DNA from: an uncultured Actinomycetota bacterium
GTDB lineage: Bacteria > Actinomycetota > Actinomycetes > JAHEKZ01
Length of the DNA stretch: 64,000 nt
Direction of reading: 5' to 3'
NCBI GenBank assembly: GCA_963718235.1
Contig: CAVQYR010000002.1
Coordinates: forward strand, 608,001-672,000
Below, piece after piece: positions 29,247-38,881 of the stretch. The notes beneath the pieces are model-generated. The model made no database searches. It saw only the letters and a program-made list of their open reading frames with translations, and was not told where the DNA came from. A program made the position numbers and the translations under genes. Position 1 is the stretch's first letter; each line of letters starts with the position of its first letter.

Positions 29247-30137
29247 ATGAGCAAGAGGTCGAAGAAGCGCAAGAAGCCCCACGAGACCGACCACGCGGCA
29301 GGTTCACACGAGTCGCCCCCCGCACCGGTAGACGGCCCATCAGACGAACCAGCAGCCGCCAAGCCGAAGATGAAGCGCAAGGAGTACGAGCGGGACATGC
29401 GTGTGCTGCAGGGTGAGCTGGTGGCCATGCAGGAGTGGGTCAAGGCCACCGGCGCCAAGGTCTGCATCGTGTTCGAGGGGCTGGACTCGGCGGGCAAGGG
29501 CGGCACTATCCGGCGGATCACCGAGCGGACCAGCCCGCGGGTGTTCAAGCACATCGCGCTTCCGGCACCGACCGAGCGCGAGAAGTCGCAGATGTACGTG
29601 CAGCGGTACATGGCCCACTTCCCCTCGGCCGGCGAGGTCGCCATCTTCGACCGGAGCTGGTACAACCGCGCGGGCGTCGAGCCGGTCATGGGCTACTGCA
29701 CGCCGGAGCAGACGCGCAAGTTCCTCGACATGGTGCCCTTGGTCGAGAAGGCGATGGTCGACAACGGGATCATCTTGATCAAGTACTGGCTCAACGTCAG
29801 CGTCCACGAGCAGACCCGCCGGCTGGAGAACCGGATCGAGGACCCGCGCAAGATCTGGAAGCTGTCGCCGACCGACCTGAAGTCCTACCGTCGCCACTAC
29901 GCCTACTGCCGGGCCCGCGATGCGATGTTCGCGGCCACCGACACCGCGTGGGCACCCTGGTTTGTTGCGGACAACGACGACAAGAAGCGCGGGCGGCTGA
30001 ACATCATCTCCCACTTGTTGACCCAGGTCCCCTACACGCCGCTACCGCCCCAGGACGTGAAGATGCCCAGGAAGCCGACCCCACGGGGCTACCTGGAGCC
30101 GGACCGTCCGCTGCGCCGGGTACCGACTCCTTTCTAG
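29247..30137 (+). CDS. ppk2: Polyphosphate kinase 2
   Basis: FEGLDSAGKGG (Walker A), FDRSWYNRAGVE, WKLSPTD, DDKKRGRLNII. Confidence 0.93.
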   Translation: MSKRSKKRKKPHETDHAAGSHESPPAPVDGPSDEPAAAKPKMKRKEYERDMRVLQGELVAMQEWVKATGAKVCIVFEGLDSAGKGGTIRRITERTSPRVFKHIALPAPTEREKSQMYVQRYMAHFPSAGEVAIFDRSWYNRAGVEPVMGYCTPEQTRKFLDMVPLVEKAMVDNGIILIKYWLNVSVHEQTRRLENRIEDPRKIWKLSPTDLKSYRRHYAYCRARDAMFAATDTAWAPWFVADNDDKKRGRLNIISHLLTQVPYTPLPPQDVKMPRKPTPRGYLEPDRPLRRVPTPF

Positions 30138-30192
30138 GTCGTACGCGACGACCCCTGGCGACCGCGGTGACGCTCAAGACGAAGGACTGGCG

Positions 30193-32973
30193 ATGACGGA
30201 CAGGAACGTGGTGTCGGGTGCGGCAGCTCCGGACACCGGGAGTGGTGTGGCTGAACGCTGGTTCGCCCTGACCCCTGAGGAGGTGACCCAGAAGCTCGGG
30301 GTCGACCCCGCCCAAGGCCACCCAGCCGCCAAGGCTGCGGAGCTGTTGGCGACCAACGGACCGAACGCCTTGGCCGCGGAGAAGCCGCCGGCGGGGTGGA
30401 AGCTGTTCCTTGCGCAGTACAAGTCCTACATGCAGATCATCTTGGTCGGGGCGGCGGTCGCGTCGATCCTGATCGGGCAGATCACCACCGGGATCGCCGT
30501 CCTGCTGATCACCGCGCTGAACGCCCTCGGTGGTCTGCGCCAGCAGGGCAAGGCCGAGAGTGCGATGAACGCACTGCAGTCCATGCTGAAGACCTCCGCC
30601 CGGGTCCGACGCGACGGGACCGAGGTCAAGGTCGACGCCGACCAGGTGGTCGTCGGCGACGTGGTCCTGCTCGCCGCAGGCGACGACGTCTGCGCCGACG
30701 GGCGGCTCGTCGAGGCGACCTCCCTGCAGATCGACGAGTCCGCCCTGACTGGCGAGAGCGTTCCCGCGTCGAAGGGCACAGACGTGGTCACGGACCCGAA
30801 TCCGGTGCTGGGTGACCAGTCGAACATGGCGTTCATGAACACGCCGGTGACCCACGGCAGCGGGGTCATGATCGTCACCGGGACAGGTGCGGACACCGCG
30901 GTCGGCACCATCTCCGGGATGTTGAAGTCGACGCCCACCCTCAAGACCCCGATGACCCAGCAGCTGGACACGTTGACGTTGTGGATCGCCGCAGCGGCCG
31001 GGCTGACCATCGCGGTCATGTTCGCCCTGGGCATCTCCCGTGACGAGTCCACGGAGGTGATCTTCACCACGGCGATCGCGTTGGCGCTGGCGGCGGTGCC
31101 GATGGCCATGCCGACCGTGCTCCAGGTCATCCTGTCCGGCGGGTCTCGAGAGCTCGCGGCACACGGCGCGGTCGTGAAGAGCCTGGCCTCCGTGGAGACC
31201 CTGGGCTCGACGTCGGCGATCAACTCCGACAAGACCGGCACGCTGACCATGAACCAGGTCACCGTCACCGAGGTGATCGATCCCACCGACCGTTTCGCGA
31301 TCAGCGGGATGGGGTACGGCCTCGACGGCGAGGTGAAGCACACGGCTGGCAACACCAACACGATCGAGGCGGCGATTCTGCCGTTCCTGATCTGCAACGA
31401 CGCCAAGCTCGTGGACGGCAAGGTGGTGGGAGACCCCACGGAGGGGGCGCTGCTGGTCCTGGGCCACAAGGCCAAGCTGGACGTCGACGGCACCCAGGCG
31501 GCGTACCCCCGGCTGGCGACGCTGCCGTTCGACCCCACCTACAAGCTGATGGCTGTCTTCTGCAACGCCAAGAACGAAGCGGGGAACCCCGTCGTCCGAG
31601 CGTTCGTCAAGGGCGCCGCTCCGGCCGTGATCGGACGAGCCACGTCCGCCCTGGCCAAGGGTGAGACCGTCCCTTGGGGCGCCGAGCAGGACGGACGGGC
31701 CGGTCAGGAGCAGGACCGCCTCGGCGGCCAAGGCCTGCGGATCATGGCCGCGGCCATGAAGGACATCGACCCCAAGGACTTCGACCCCGACGGCGACCTG
31801 CTGTCCCTGGTCCAGGGCCTGCAGCTGACCGCGATGGTCGGGATGGTCGACCCGCCTCGGCAGGAGTCCAAGGACGCGGTTCGGGCCGCCCAGGACGCGA
31901 ACATCCGGGTCCGCATGGTGACGGGGGACGACGTCGTCACGGGTGCCGCGATCGCCAAACAGCTCGGTATCCCGGGCGAGGCTGTCCTCGGCACCGACTT
32001 CGCGGCCCTGTCAGAGGGTGAGCGCCTCGAACGGATCGACAAGATCGGCGTGGTCGGTCGAGTGTCACCCGAACACAAGGTGCTCATGGTCCAGACCCTG
32101 CTCAAGACGGGCGACGTCGTCGCGATGACTGGCGACGGGGTCAACGACGCACCGGCGATCAAGACCGCCGACATCGGCATCGCCATGGGCACGGGCACCC
32201 AGGTCGCCAAGAACGCCGGAAAGATGATCCTCACCGACGACAACTTCGCCACGATCGTGCGTGCCGTGTTCGTGGGACGCAAGGTCTACGACAACATGCT
32301 GAAGTACATCCGCTTCATGCTCGTCGCCCTGGTCACCTACGTGGTCACGTTCCTGATGGCCAGCATCCTCAACATCGCCGGCGGACAGCCCTTCACCGCC
32401 GTCCAGATCCTGTGGATCAACTTCCTGATCACCGCACCGGTCGGCATCGCGTTGGGCCTGGACAAGGCCACCCCCGGGCTGATGAAGCGCCAGCCCCGCC
32501 CACGCTCGGCCCCGATCATGTCTCCGGCTGTGATCATCACCGTCGCCCTGGCCGGGCTGTTCATGTCGGTGGCGATCAACCTGCTCATCGTGTTCGGGGA
32601 GAACGAGTACGACAAGACCTCGATCGGCAGCACGATGGGTCTGGTCGCCTTCTCGCTGATGCTCGTGGTCGCCGCCTTCGAGAGCCGCGACGACAAGATG
32701 TCGATCCTGCGCCAGGAGACCTTCGACAACCGCACGGTGAACATGACCGCCGTCGTGGAGGTCGCCCTGGCCATCCTGATCGCGAAGGGCGTCTTCCTGC
32801 CGTCCCTGCTCAGCACGACCGAGCTCACCGGCGAGCAATGGCTGCTCGGCGCCGTCCCTGCGCTGCTGCTCTTCATCGGGTGGGAGCTCGGGAAGTGGGT
32901 GGCGCGACTCAGGACGAGCGATGCCGAAGCCGCAGAGCCGGTAGGGGCGCTCGCGGCCACGGCTTCCGCGTGA
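30193..32973 (+). CDS. P-type ATPase of P2-like architecture with a non-canonical membrane site
   Basis: LTGES, DKTGTLT, GDPTEGA, KGA, MVDPPR, TGDGVNDAPA all intact; TM4 reads PMAMP instead of PEGLP. Confidence 0.92.
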   Translation: MTDRNVVSGAAAPDTGSGVAERWFALTPEEVTQKLGVDPAQGHPAAKAAELLATNGPNALAAEKPPAGWKLFLAQYKSYMQIILVGAAVASILIGQITTGIAVLLITALNALGGLRQQGKAESAMNALQSMLKTSARVRRDGTEVKVDADQVVVGDVVLLAAGDDVCADGRLVEATSLQIDESALTGESVPASKGTDVVTDPNPVLGDQSNMAFMNTPVTHGSGVMIVTGTGADTAVGTISGMLKSTPTLKTPMTQQLDTLTLWIAAAAGLTIAVMFALGISRDESTEVIFTTAIALALAAVPMAMPTVLQVILSGGSRELAAHGAVVKSLASVETLGSTSAINSDKTGTLTMNQVTVTEVIDPTDRFAISGMGYGLDGEVKHTAGNTNTIEAAILPFLICNDAKLVDGKVVGDPTEGALLVLGHKAKLDVDGTQAAYPRLATLPFDPTYKLMAVFCNAKNEAGNPVVRAFVKGAAPAVIGRATSALAKGETVPWGAEQDGRAGQEQDRLGGQGLRIMAAAMKDIDPKDFDPDGDLLSLVQGLQLTAMVGMVDPPRQESKDAVRAAQDANIRVRMVTGDDVVTGAAIAKQLGIPGEAVLGTDFAALSEGERLERIDKIGVVGRVSPEHKVLMVQTLLKTGDVVAMTGDGVNDAPAIKTADIGIAMGTGTQVAKNAGKMILTDDNFATIVRAVFVGRKVYDNMLKYIRFMLVALVTYVVTFLMASILNIAGGQPFTAVQILWINFLITAPVGIALGLDKATPGLMKRQPRPRSAPIMSPAVIITVALAGLFMSVAINLLIVFGENEYDKTSIGSTMGLVAFSLMLVVAAFESRDDKMSILRQETFDNRTVNMTAVVEVALAILIAKGVFLPSLLSTTELTGEQWLLGAVPALLLFIGWELGKWVARLRTSDAEAAEPVGALAATASA

Positions 32974-32983
32974 GCGCAATGGG

Positions 32984-33055
32984 TGCCCCCGGCAGGATTC
33001 GAACCTGCGCGCATGCCTCCGGAGGGCACCGCTCTATCCCCTGAGCTACGGGGGC
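32984..33055 (-). tRNA. tRNA-Arg (anticodon CCG)
   Basis: Minus strand GCCCCCGTAGCTCAGGGGATAGAGCGGTGCCCTCCGGAGGCATGCGCGCAGGTTCGAATCCTGCCGGGGGCA folds as a cloverleaf; anticodon loop CT-CCG-GA; CCA not encoded. Confidence 0.96.
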
Positions 33056-33120
33056 CAGGGACGGCGCCGAGGCTAGCAGCCGCTGGATCCGGGTTCCGAA
33101 TCGAGCCGGCCGGTCGCCGG

Positions 33121-33522
33121 TCAGTCGGCTTGCAGCGCCTGACGCGTGGCCTTGGAGACCTTGGCAGCGCCCGACTCCAGCGCCTTGCGGTGCCAAGGGA
33201 CGACCCCGTCGATCTCGATGTCCAGGGAGATGCTGAGCACGGTCCGAATCAGCACGATGACCCCGAGGACGAGCACGTTGTCCAGCGTCGGGTCCACCGT
33301 CACCGTCCGGGTGAGATCGGCGGCGATCAGGATCTCCAGGGCCAGCAGCAGGGCCCCGCCGAACACGGTGCGAAAGGTCCTCACGCTTGCGTGCATGCCG
33401 CGGCGGCGCTGCAGCGAGATCGCCGACACGAGGGCCGACCAGACCAGCCCCAGGAACAGGACCAGGACTCCGGTGACCTCGAAGACGACGGTGACCCGCT
33501 CGAAGAACTCAGTGGCGGTCAC
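33121..33522 (-). CDS. DUF1622 family membrane protein
   Basis: ALLLALEILIAADLTRTV...LGVIVLIRTVLS.SLDIEIDG.VPW. Confidence 0.85.
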   Translation of the reverse strand: MTATEFFERVTVVFEVTGVLVLFLGLVWSALVSAISLQRRRGMHASVRTFRTVFGGALLLALEILIAADLTRTVTVDPTLDNVLVLGVIVLIRTVLSISLDIEIDGVVPWHRKALESGAAKVSKATRQALQAD

Positions 33523-33526
33523 TGGG

Positions 33527-35017
33527 CTAGCGTACGACGACCCGCAGCAGGCTCATGTCACGTGCGATCGCGCCCCGGACGTGCCCGAACGGGGCAGCCG
33601 CGGTCGCCTGGAGGAACTCGACGACCTCGGCGGACACCACCTCGCCCGGGAGCAGGTTCGGGATCCCGGGCGGGTAGGCGGCGACGGTGTCGGCGGAGAC
33701 CCGACCGACCGCATCCCGGGCGTCGACGACCTCGGTGGGCGCGAAGTAGGCGTCGCGGACGCTGGTGGCGCGCTCACCGCAGGCCGGCAGCTCGATGTGC
33801 CGGGCACTGGTCGCGCCGGTCGCAGGCAGCCGGTGCAGCGCGTCGGTGAACCGGTCGACGTCTGGGGTGGCTCCGGCCCCGATCACGGCGACGACGACCG
33901 CGTCGGTCGACATCTCCAGGTGGATCTGCTCGTGCTCGAACAACAGGTGTCGGGCCTCGTGCCCGCTGATGTCCCCGGCCCGGGTGTCGATGACCACACG
34001 CAGCGGGTCGAGACGCAGCACGTCGTCGAAGGCGAGGATGCGCTCGTCGGCCAGTCTGAAACGTCCCTCGCGCTCCACCGCGTGGCGCATCTTGGCTGCG
34101 GCCTCGACGCTCGCGGTGATCGTGTCGTGACCGTTGACCGCGAGCTGGCGCCGGGCCAGGTCCAGGGAGGCCATGAGGAGGGCGCTGGCCGACGTCGACT
34201 GCATCGAGCGAAACGCTCGGTCGATGAGGGGCTCGAGGCGGTCGGCGAACTCGCCGTGACCGAGGTGCAGCATGGCCGACTGGGTCAGGCTGCCGGCCAG
34301 CTTGTGCGTCGAGGAGATCACCAGATCTGCGCCGAGGCGCAGCGCATTGGTCGGGAGCTGCGGGTGGAACCCGAAGTGGGAGCCCCACGCCTCGTCGACG
34401 ACGAGTGGCACGCCATGGCGGTGCGCGACGTCCGCGAGTGCCTCGACGTCGGCCACCGCGCCGAAGTACGACGGTGTGACGACGTAGGCGGCGGTCGAAC
34501 CAGGGTGAGCGGTCAGCGCGAGCTCGAGGCCGTCGGGCGTGACGCCGTGGGCGATCCCGAGCTCGGTGTCGATCGACGGGTGGACGAACTGAGCGTCGAG
34601 GCCGGCGAGGGCCAGGCCGTCGACGACGCTGGAGTGGACCGACCGCTGGACGAGCAGCTGGGTGCCCATGCCGCGCAGGGCGAGGCACGCCACCAGGTTG
34701 CCCTTGGAGGCCCCGTTGGTGAGGAACCAGGTGCGGCGGGCTCCCCACGCCTGGGCGGCGAGGTAGGCAGCCTGCCCGAGCGGGGTCGGGTGGTCGCCGT
34801 AGTCGATCCCGTCGGTGAGCGGGGGGATGTCCAGCTCGAGCGCCCGCATCCCGAGGAACTCGGCCAGCCCCGGCTGGGCGGTGGCCGACGCCTGGTGCCC
34901 CGGGACGTCCAGGCGCAGGGGTGCGGTGGCGGCGTAGGCCTGGAGGGCCTGCGCGTAGGGGGCAGCGGTCTGGTCGAGGCCGGGCAGGGTCGCGGCGAGG
35001 GAGTCGAAGGGAGTCAC
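33527..35017 (-). CDS. Orn/Lys/Arg decarboxylase family PLP enzyme
   Basis: VPGH, FLTNGAS, RSVHSS, TPSYFG, VDEAWGSH, SSTHK (PLP Lys), YPPGIP. Confidence 0.9.
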   Translation of the reverse strand: MTPFDSLAATLPGLDQTAAPYAQALQAYAATAPLRLDVPGHQASATAQPGLAEFLGMRALELDIPPLTDGIDYGDHPTPLGQAAYLAAQAWGARRTWFLTNGASKGNLVACLALRGMGTQLLVQRSVHSSVVDGLALAGLDAQFVHPSIDTELGIAHGVTPDGLELALTAHPGSTAAYVVTPSYFGAVADVEALADVAHRHGVPLVVDEAWGSHFGFHPQLPTNALRLGADLVISSTHKLAGSLTQSAMLHLGHGEFADRLEPLIDRAFRSMQSTSASALLMASLDLARRQLAVNGHDTITASVEAAAKMRHAVEREGRFRLADERILAFDDVLRLDPLRVVIDTRAGDISGHEARHLLFEHEQIHLEMSTDAVVVAVIGAGATPDVDRFTDALHRLPATGATSARHIELPACGERATSVRDAYFAPTEVVDARDAVGRVSADTVAAYPPGIPNLLPGEVVSAEVVEFLQATAAAPFGHVRGAIARDMSLLRVVVR

Positions 35018-35113
35018 GGTGCCAGCATGCCCGGGTTCAGTGCCCAAGAGAAGTGGGCATCTGTCTTGCTCTGCTCCAGAGTCAGTATGGTGCTCACGCT
35101 AGGCTGCTGTGCT

Positions 35114-36013
35114 GTGCTGGACCTTCGACAGCTGACCGTGCTGCAGGCCGTGGCCCGGACGGGCTCCCTGGCTGCCGCCGCCCGCGAGCTGCACTACAGC
35201 CAGCCCACCGTCGCCCACCATCTGCAGGCGCTCGAGTCCCACCTCGGCGCCACCCTGGTGGAGCGCTCGGCCCGGGGGAGCGCCCTGACCGACCTCGGGC
35301 TGCTGTTCCTCGACCACGTCGAGGCCGTGGTCGACCGGCTCGCCTCGGCCGAGTCGGAGGTGAGAGCCCTCGCCCGGCACGGGGTGGTGACCCTGCGGAT
35401 CGGGACGTTCCCCACGGCGGGTGCACACGTGCTGCCCCGAGCCGTGGCAGCGGTGCAGCGGCGCACCGGCGTCCGGGTCGAGCTCGTCGAGGCCGAGCCG
35501 CCCCGGCTGCTGGCCCGCCTGGCGGGGCGCGAGCTGCATGCCGCGCTGATCTACGACCACCCCGACCACCCGGTGCACCTCGTGGAGGAGCTCGTCGTCA
35601 CGACCCTGTTCGACGACCCGTTCCTGGTGGTCCTGCCCGAGAGCCACCCGATGGCTCGTCGTCGCCACGTGCCGCTGCCCGCGCTGGCCGACGACGGATG
35701 GATCCTGTCCCACGACATCTCCGAGCCCGGTGACCAGGCCCTGCGGGCGGCCTGTGCGGCCGAGGGCTTCCTGCCCCGGCCGATCCTGCGCACCGACGAC
35801 TACGACGTCATCTTCGGCTTCGTGGCGGCCGGCGTCGGGATCGCACTGGTGCCGCAGATGGCCCTCGCGGAACGGGCCGGCGTCGTCGTCCGGCCCCTGG
35901 CCGACGTCTCGCTGGCCCGGTCGGTCCGGTTCGCCACCCATCGCGAAGGCGCACCTCCGGCGGTCGCGCCCCTGCTCCAGGCCCTGCGCCACGAGGCCCG
36001 TCAGCGGCGCTGA
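35114..36013 (+). CDS. LysR family transcriptional regulator, divergent from the decarboxylase
   Basis: HTH 'GSLAAAARELHYSQPTVAHHLQALE' plus substrate-binding domain. Confidence 0.92.
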   Translation: MLDLRQLTVLQAVARTGSLAAAARELHYSQPTVAHHLQALESHLGATLVERSARGSALTDLGLLFLDHVEAVVDRLASAESEVRALARHGVVTLRIGTFPTAGAHVLPRAVAAVQRRTGVRVELVEAEPPRLLARLAGRELHAALIYDHPDHPVHLVEELVVTTLFDDPFLVVLPESHPMARRRHVPLPALADDGWILSHDISEPGDQALRAACAAEGFLPRPILRTDDYDVIFGFVAAGVGIALVPQMALAERAGVVVRPLADVSLARSVRFATHREGAPPAVAPLLQALRHEARQRR

Positions 36014-36055
36014 TGCCGAGATCGGCCGGCCCGATGAGCTCTCTGGGCTCCAGGG

Positions 36056-36877
36056 CTACAGGGTCTGCACGCCGCTGCTCGTGACCGTGATCCTGCGGTC
36101 CCGACGGATCATGATGATGGCGGCGACGAGCGCGCTGATGAAGACCAGCACCTGCACCGCGAGGTCCGCGACGGCAAGGGTTCCGGTCGGGGCAGGCACG
36201 AACACCGACATGTCCCAGAGGCCGTGGGCGATCATGCCGACCACGAGGAGCCCCCGCACGCGGCGGAACAGGTACAGCACGACGCCGGCAGCGGAGGCCT
36301 GGAGGCACTGGTTGACCACGGTGGCGGGCGGAGAGCCGTTGAGGATGTTGGTGAGGTGGAAGAACCCGAACCACAGCGACGAGATCAGCATCACCCACGC
36401 CTCCGGGCGGAGGTTGGTGCGCAGGCTGCGCAGGATGATGCCGCGGAAGAGCGTCTCCTCGGCGAAGCCCACCAGGACGCCGGCCGCCAGGATCGCCAGG
36501 ATCAGGTCGGTGGGGGCCTCGCTCCAGTCAGCGACGGCGAGATGGACGACGATACCCACCGCGAACAGCGCGAGGGGTACCCAGAGGAACCCGTACACGG
36601 GAAGCCGCTGGGGGTCCTTGAAGACCCAGTCCCACCGCGCCCAGAGCACGAACACGATCAGCACGAGGGAACCACCGACCAGCGGGATCACCGCCGTCCG
36701 GAAGGCGTTCGCGCCGCTGTCGAACCACTCGTCGTAGGCGATTCCCGACGTGGAGGAGAGCCCGATGAACACGACGACGTAAGCGATGAACACTCCGACC
36801 GCCACCGGCACTGAGGGTGCGACCCGCCAGTTCGGCGATGTCGTGGTCGAGGTCGGCTGGGCGGCGTCCGCGCTCAT
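36056..36877 (-). CDS. CPBP (Abi/CAAX protease-like) intramembrane metalloprotease
   Basis: EETLFRG, FGFFH, HGLWD motifs. Confidence 0.88.
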   Translation of the reverse strand: MSADAAQPTSTTTSPNWRVAPSVPVAVGVFIAYVVVFIGLSSTSGIAYDEWFDSGANAFRTAVIPLVGGSLVLIVFVLWARWDWVFKDPQRLPVYGFLWVPLALFAVGIVVHLAVADWSEAPTDLILAILAAGVLVGFAEETLFRGIILRSLRTNLRPEAWVMLISSLWFGFFHLTNILNGSPPATVVNQCLQASAAGVVLYLFRRVRGLLVVGMIAHGLWDMSVFVPAPTGTLAVADLAVQVLVFISALVAAIIMIRRDRRITVTSSGVQTL

Positions 36878-37004
36878 CGGTGGAACTCCGTTCGTGGTCG
36901 GGTCGGACCGAATCCAAGCGCAAACGACCGCGGTTCGCACCTCCGCGCACGGCGCCCACGGCGAGCCACCGAGGTCTCGCCTCGGTGGTGCCTACAGTGG
37001 GCTC

Positions 37005-37787
37005 GTGAGCGCAGGTGCAGCCCGAGACCCCGAGCGTCACGTGCTCGTCGACCGCTCCGGACGGGCCGTGCTCTCGTTCGTGCCCTACGGCGGGACACCC
37101 GGAGCCGACGCCGCCACCGCGCTGGCTCCGGTCGACGACGTCGTCCCGGTCGTCCTGGAGCAGCTGGCCGGGGCGCCCCTGGCCTCCGCGGACGACGCTC
37201 TCGTGGACGCGCTCGTAGCCGCGGGTGCCACGCCGCTGCGCTTCGCGCACCTGTTCAGCCGCGACCTGGTCGAGGACCCACCCGACCCGGCGTGGAAGGC
37301 GCCTCGGCTCCCGCCCGGGGTGCGGCTGGAGACCGACCCGCAGTCCGGCGGGGTGGAGCTGATCGACCAAGGGCGGTTGTCGATCCGGGCGTACCCGCAC
37401 GGGCACGCCGACCACGAGGGTGACGACGCCGAGCATGCGGCGAGCCAGCTGGCCCGGCTGTACGGCGGTGACTACATCGGCGAGGTGCTCACCGGATCGG
37501 TGCTGGCCGTCGACGGCGACCGGCTCGTCGCCGTGCTGATCGTCAACCGGATGCCCGGGACCGCGCCGCTCGGGGGCCCGTGGGTCAGCGAGGTCTTCCG
37601 CGAGCCGCACCCCCACTACGTGGGCCTCGGTACGACGTTGCTGCACCGGGCGATGGCGGTCCTCGCCGAGGCAGGGGAGGCCACCCTCTCCCTGGTGGTG
37701 ACCGACGGCAACCCCGCCCGGACGGTGTACGAGCGCGCGGGCTTCCGGTACTGCGGCAGCTCGCGAAAGGTGCGCCTACCTGGGTGA
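37005..37787 (+). CDS. GNAT family N-acetyltransferase
   Basis: C-terminal GLGTTLL...LSLVVTDGNPARTVYERAGF. Confidence 0.8.
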   Translation: MSAGAARDPERHVLVDRSGRAVLSFVPYGGTPGADAATALAPVDDVVPVVLEQLAGAPLASADDALVDALVAAGATPLRFAHLFSRDLVEDPPDPAWKAPRLPPGVRLETDPQSGGVELIDQGRLSIRAYPHGHADHEGDDAEHAASQLARLYGGDYIGEVLTGSVLAVDGDRLVAVLIVNRMPGTAPLGGPWVSEVFREPHPHYVGLGTTLLHRAMAVLAEAGEATLSLVVTDGNPARTVYERAGFRYCGSSRKVRLPG

Positions 37788-38780
37788 GGCGAGCCCCTCG
37801 CCGGCCCCGGTCGTCGTCACGGCGGCAGCGATCTCGGAGCGATCGGCCTCGGTGAGCTCCAGCGAACCGGCTCCGACCCAGCCCTCGACCTGCTCCGGGC
37901 GCCGCGCACCGACGATCGCCCCGGTGACCCCCGTCCAGGCCAGCGTCCACGCCACGGCGACCTCCGCCAGGGAGGCACCGTGCCGCTGGGCGACCGGGCG
38001 CAGGGCGTCGACGAGTGCCAGGTTGGCGTCGAGTGAGGTGGTGAAGTCGTCGTCGGACGAGCGCCAGTCATCGTCCGGGAGCGCCGCCACCCGCTCTTTG
38101 GAGAATGCGCCCGTGAGCAGACCCGACTGCATCGGGGAGTAGACGATCACGGCCGTGCCGTTCGTCGCGCACCACGGGATCACGTCGGCCGCGGCCCGAC
38201 GGTCGATCAGCGAGAAGGGCGGCTGCAGCGAGTCGACATGCCCGACCGCCTCGGCCCGGTCGAGCTCGTCGACGTCGAAGTTGCTCAGCCCCACCGCCTC
38301 GAAGAGCCCCTCCTGCTTCATGTCGAGCAGCGCCTGCCAGTACACCTCGAGCTCGACGCCGTCCTCGGCCGGCCAGTGCATCTGCATGAGGTCGACCTGG
38401 TCGACCCGAAGCCGCCGCAGCGACGCCTCTACCTGTCGGCGTAGGGCGGCGATGTCGCCGGTGGAGATCGGCTCGACCATGCGCTCCTGAGGTTCCACCG
38501 GGCCGCACTTGGTGAACACGTAGGGCCGATCGGCGTCGGAGTAGACGCTGAGGGCTTCGGCCACGATCTCCTCGCTGTGCCCGTAGCCGTAGACCCAGGC
38601 GGTGTCGATCCAGTTCACCCCGGCCTCGACCGCGCACCTGATCGCGGCCACCGACGTGTCGTCGTCCTGGGTTCCCCACCCGCCGGACCAGCCGGTTCCA
38701 CCGACGGCCCAGGCGCCGAACCCGACGCGGGTGATGTGCATGGCCGTTGTCCCGAGTGGAACCTGAGGAAGAGAGGTCAT
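37776..38780 (-). CDS. Aldo/keto reductase
   Basis: GFGAW, WIDTAWVYG, TKCG, MHWP, GLSNF, YSPMQSGLL. Confidence 0.92.
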   Translation of the reverse strand: MTSLPQVPLGTTAMHITRVGFGAWAVGGTGWSGGWGTQDDDTSVAAIRCAVEAGVNWIDTAWVYGYGHSEEIVAEALSVYSDADRPYVFTKCGPVEPQERMVEPISTGDIAALRRQVEASLRRLRVDQVDLMQMHWPAEDGVELEVYWQALLDMKQEGLFEAVGLSNFDVDELDRAEAVGHVDSLQPPFSLIDRRAAADVIPWCATNGTAVIVYSPMQSGLLTGAFSKERVAALPDDDWRSSDDDFTTSLDANLALVDALRPVAQRHGASLAEVAVAWTLAWTGVTGAIVGARRPEQVEGWVGAGSLELTEADRSEIAAAVTTTGAGEGLASPR

Positions 38781-38881
38781 GGTGCGATCGTGCCACGGGG
38801 TCGTCCGGGTGGAGGATGCTGGAGCACTGGCTCTCGCGCGTCGGATGACTCCCGCGAGTCCTGTGCGGGAGACTCGCAGCC

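Noticed and set aside
32960-33120. Prophage or integrative element at tRNA-Arg
   Set aside because: No integrase, phage gene or duplicated tRNA 3' end (att site) is visible in the window.
33146-36013. 955-aa ORF as a giant LysR fusion
   Set aside because: The first ~650 codons are the antisense shadow of DUF1622 and the decarboxylase; the real LysR begins near 35114.
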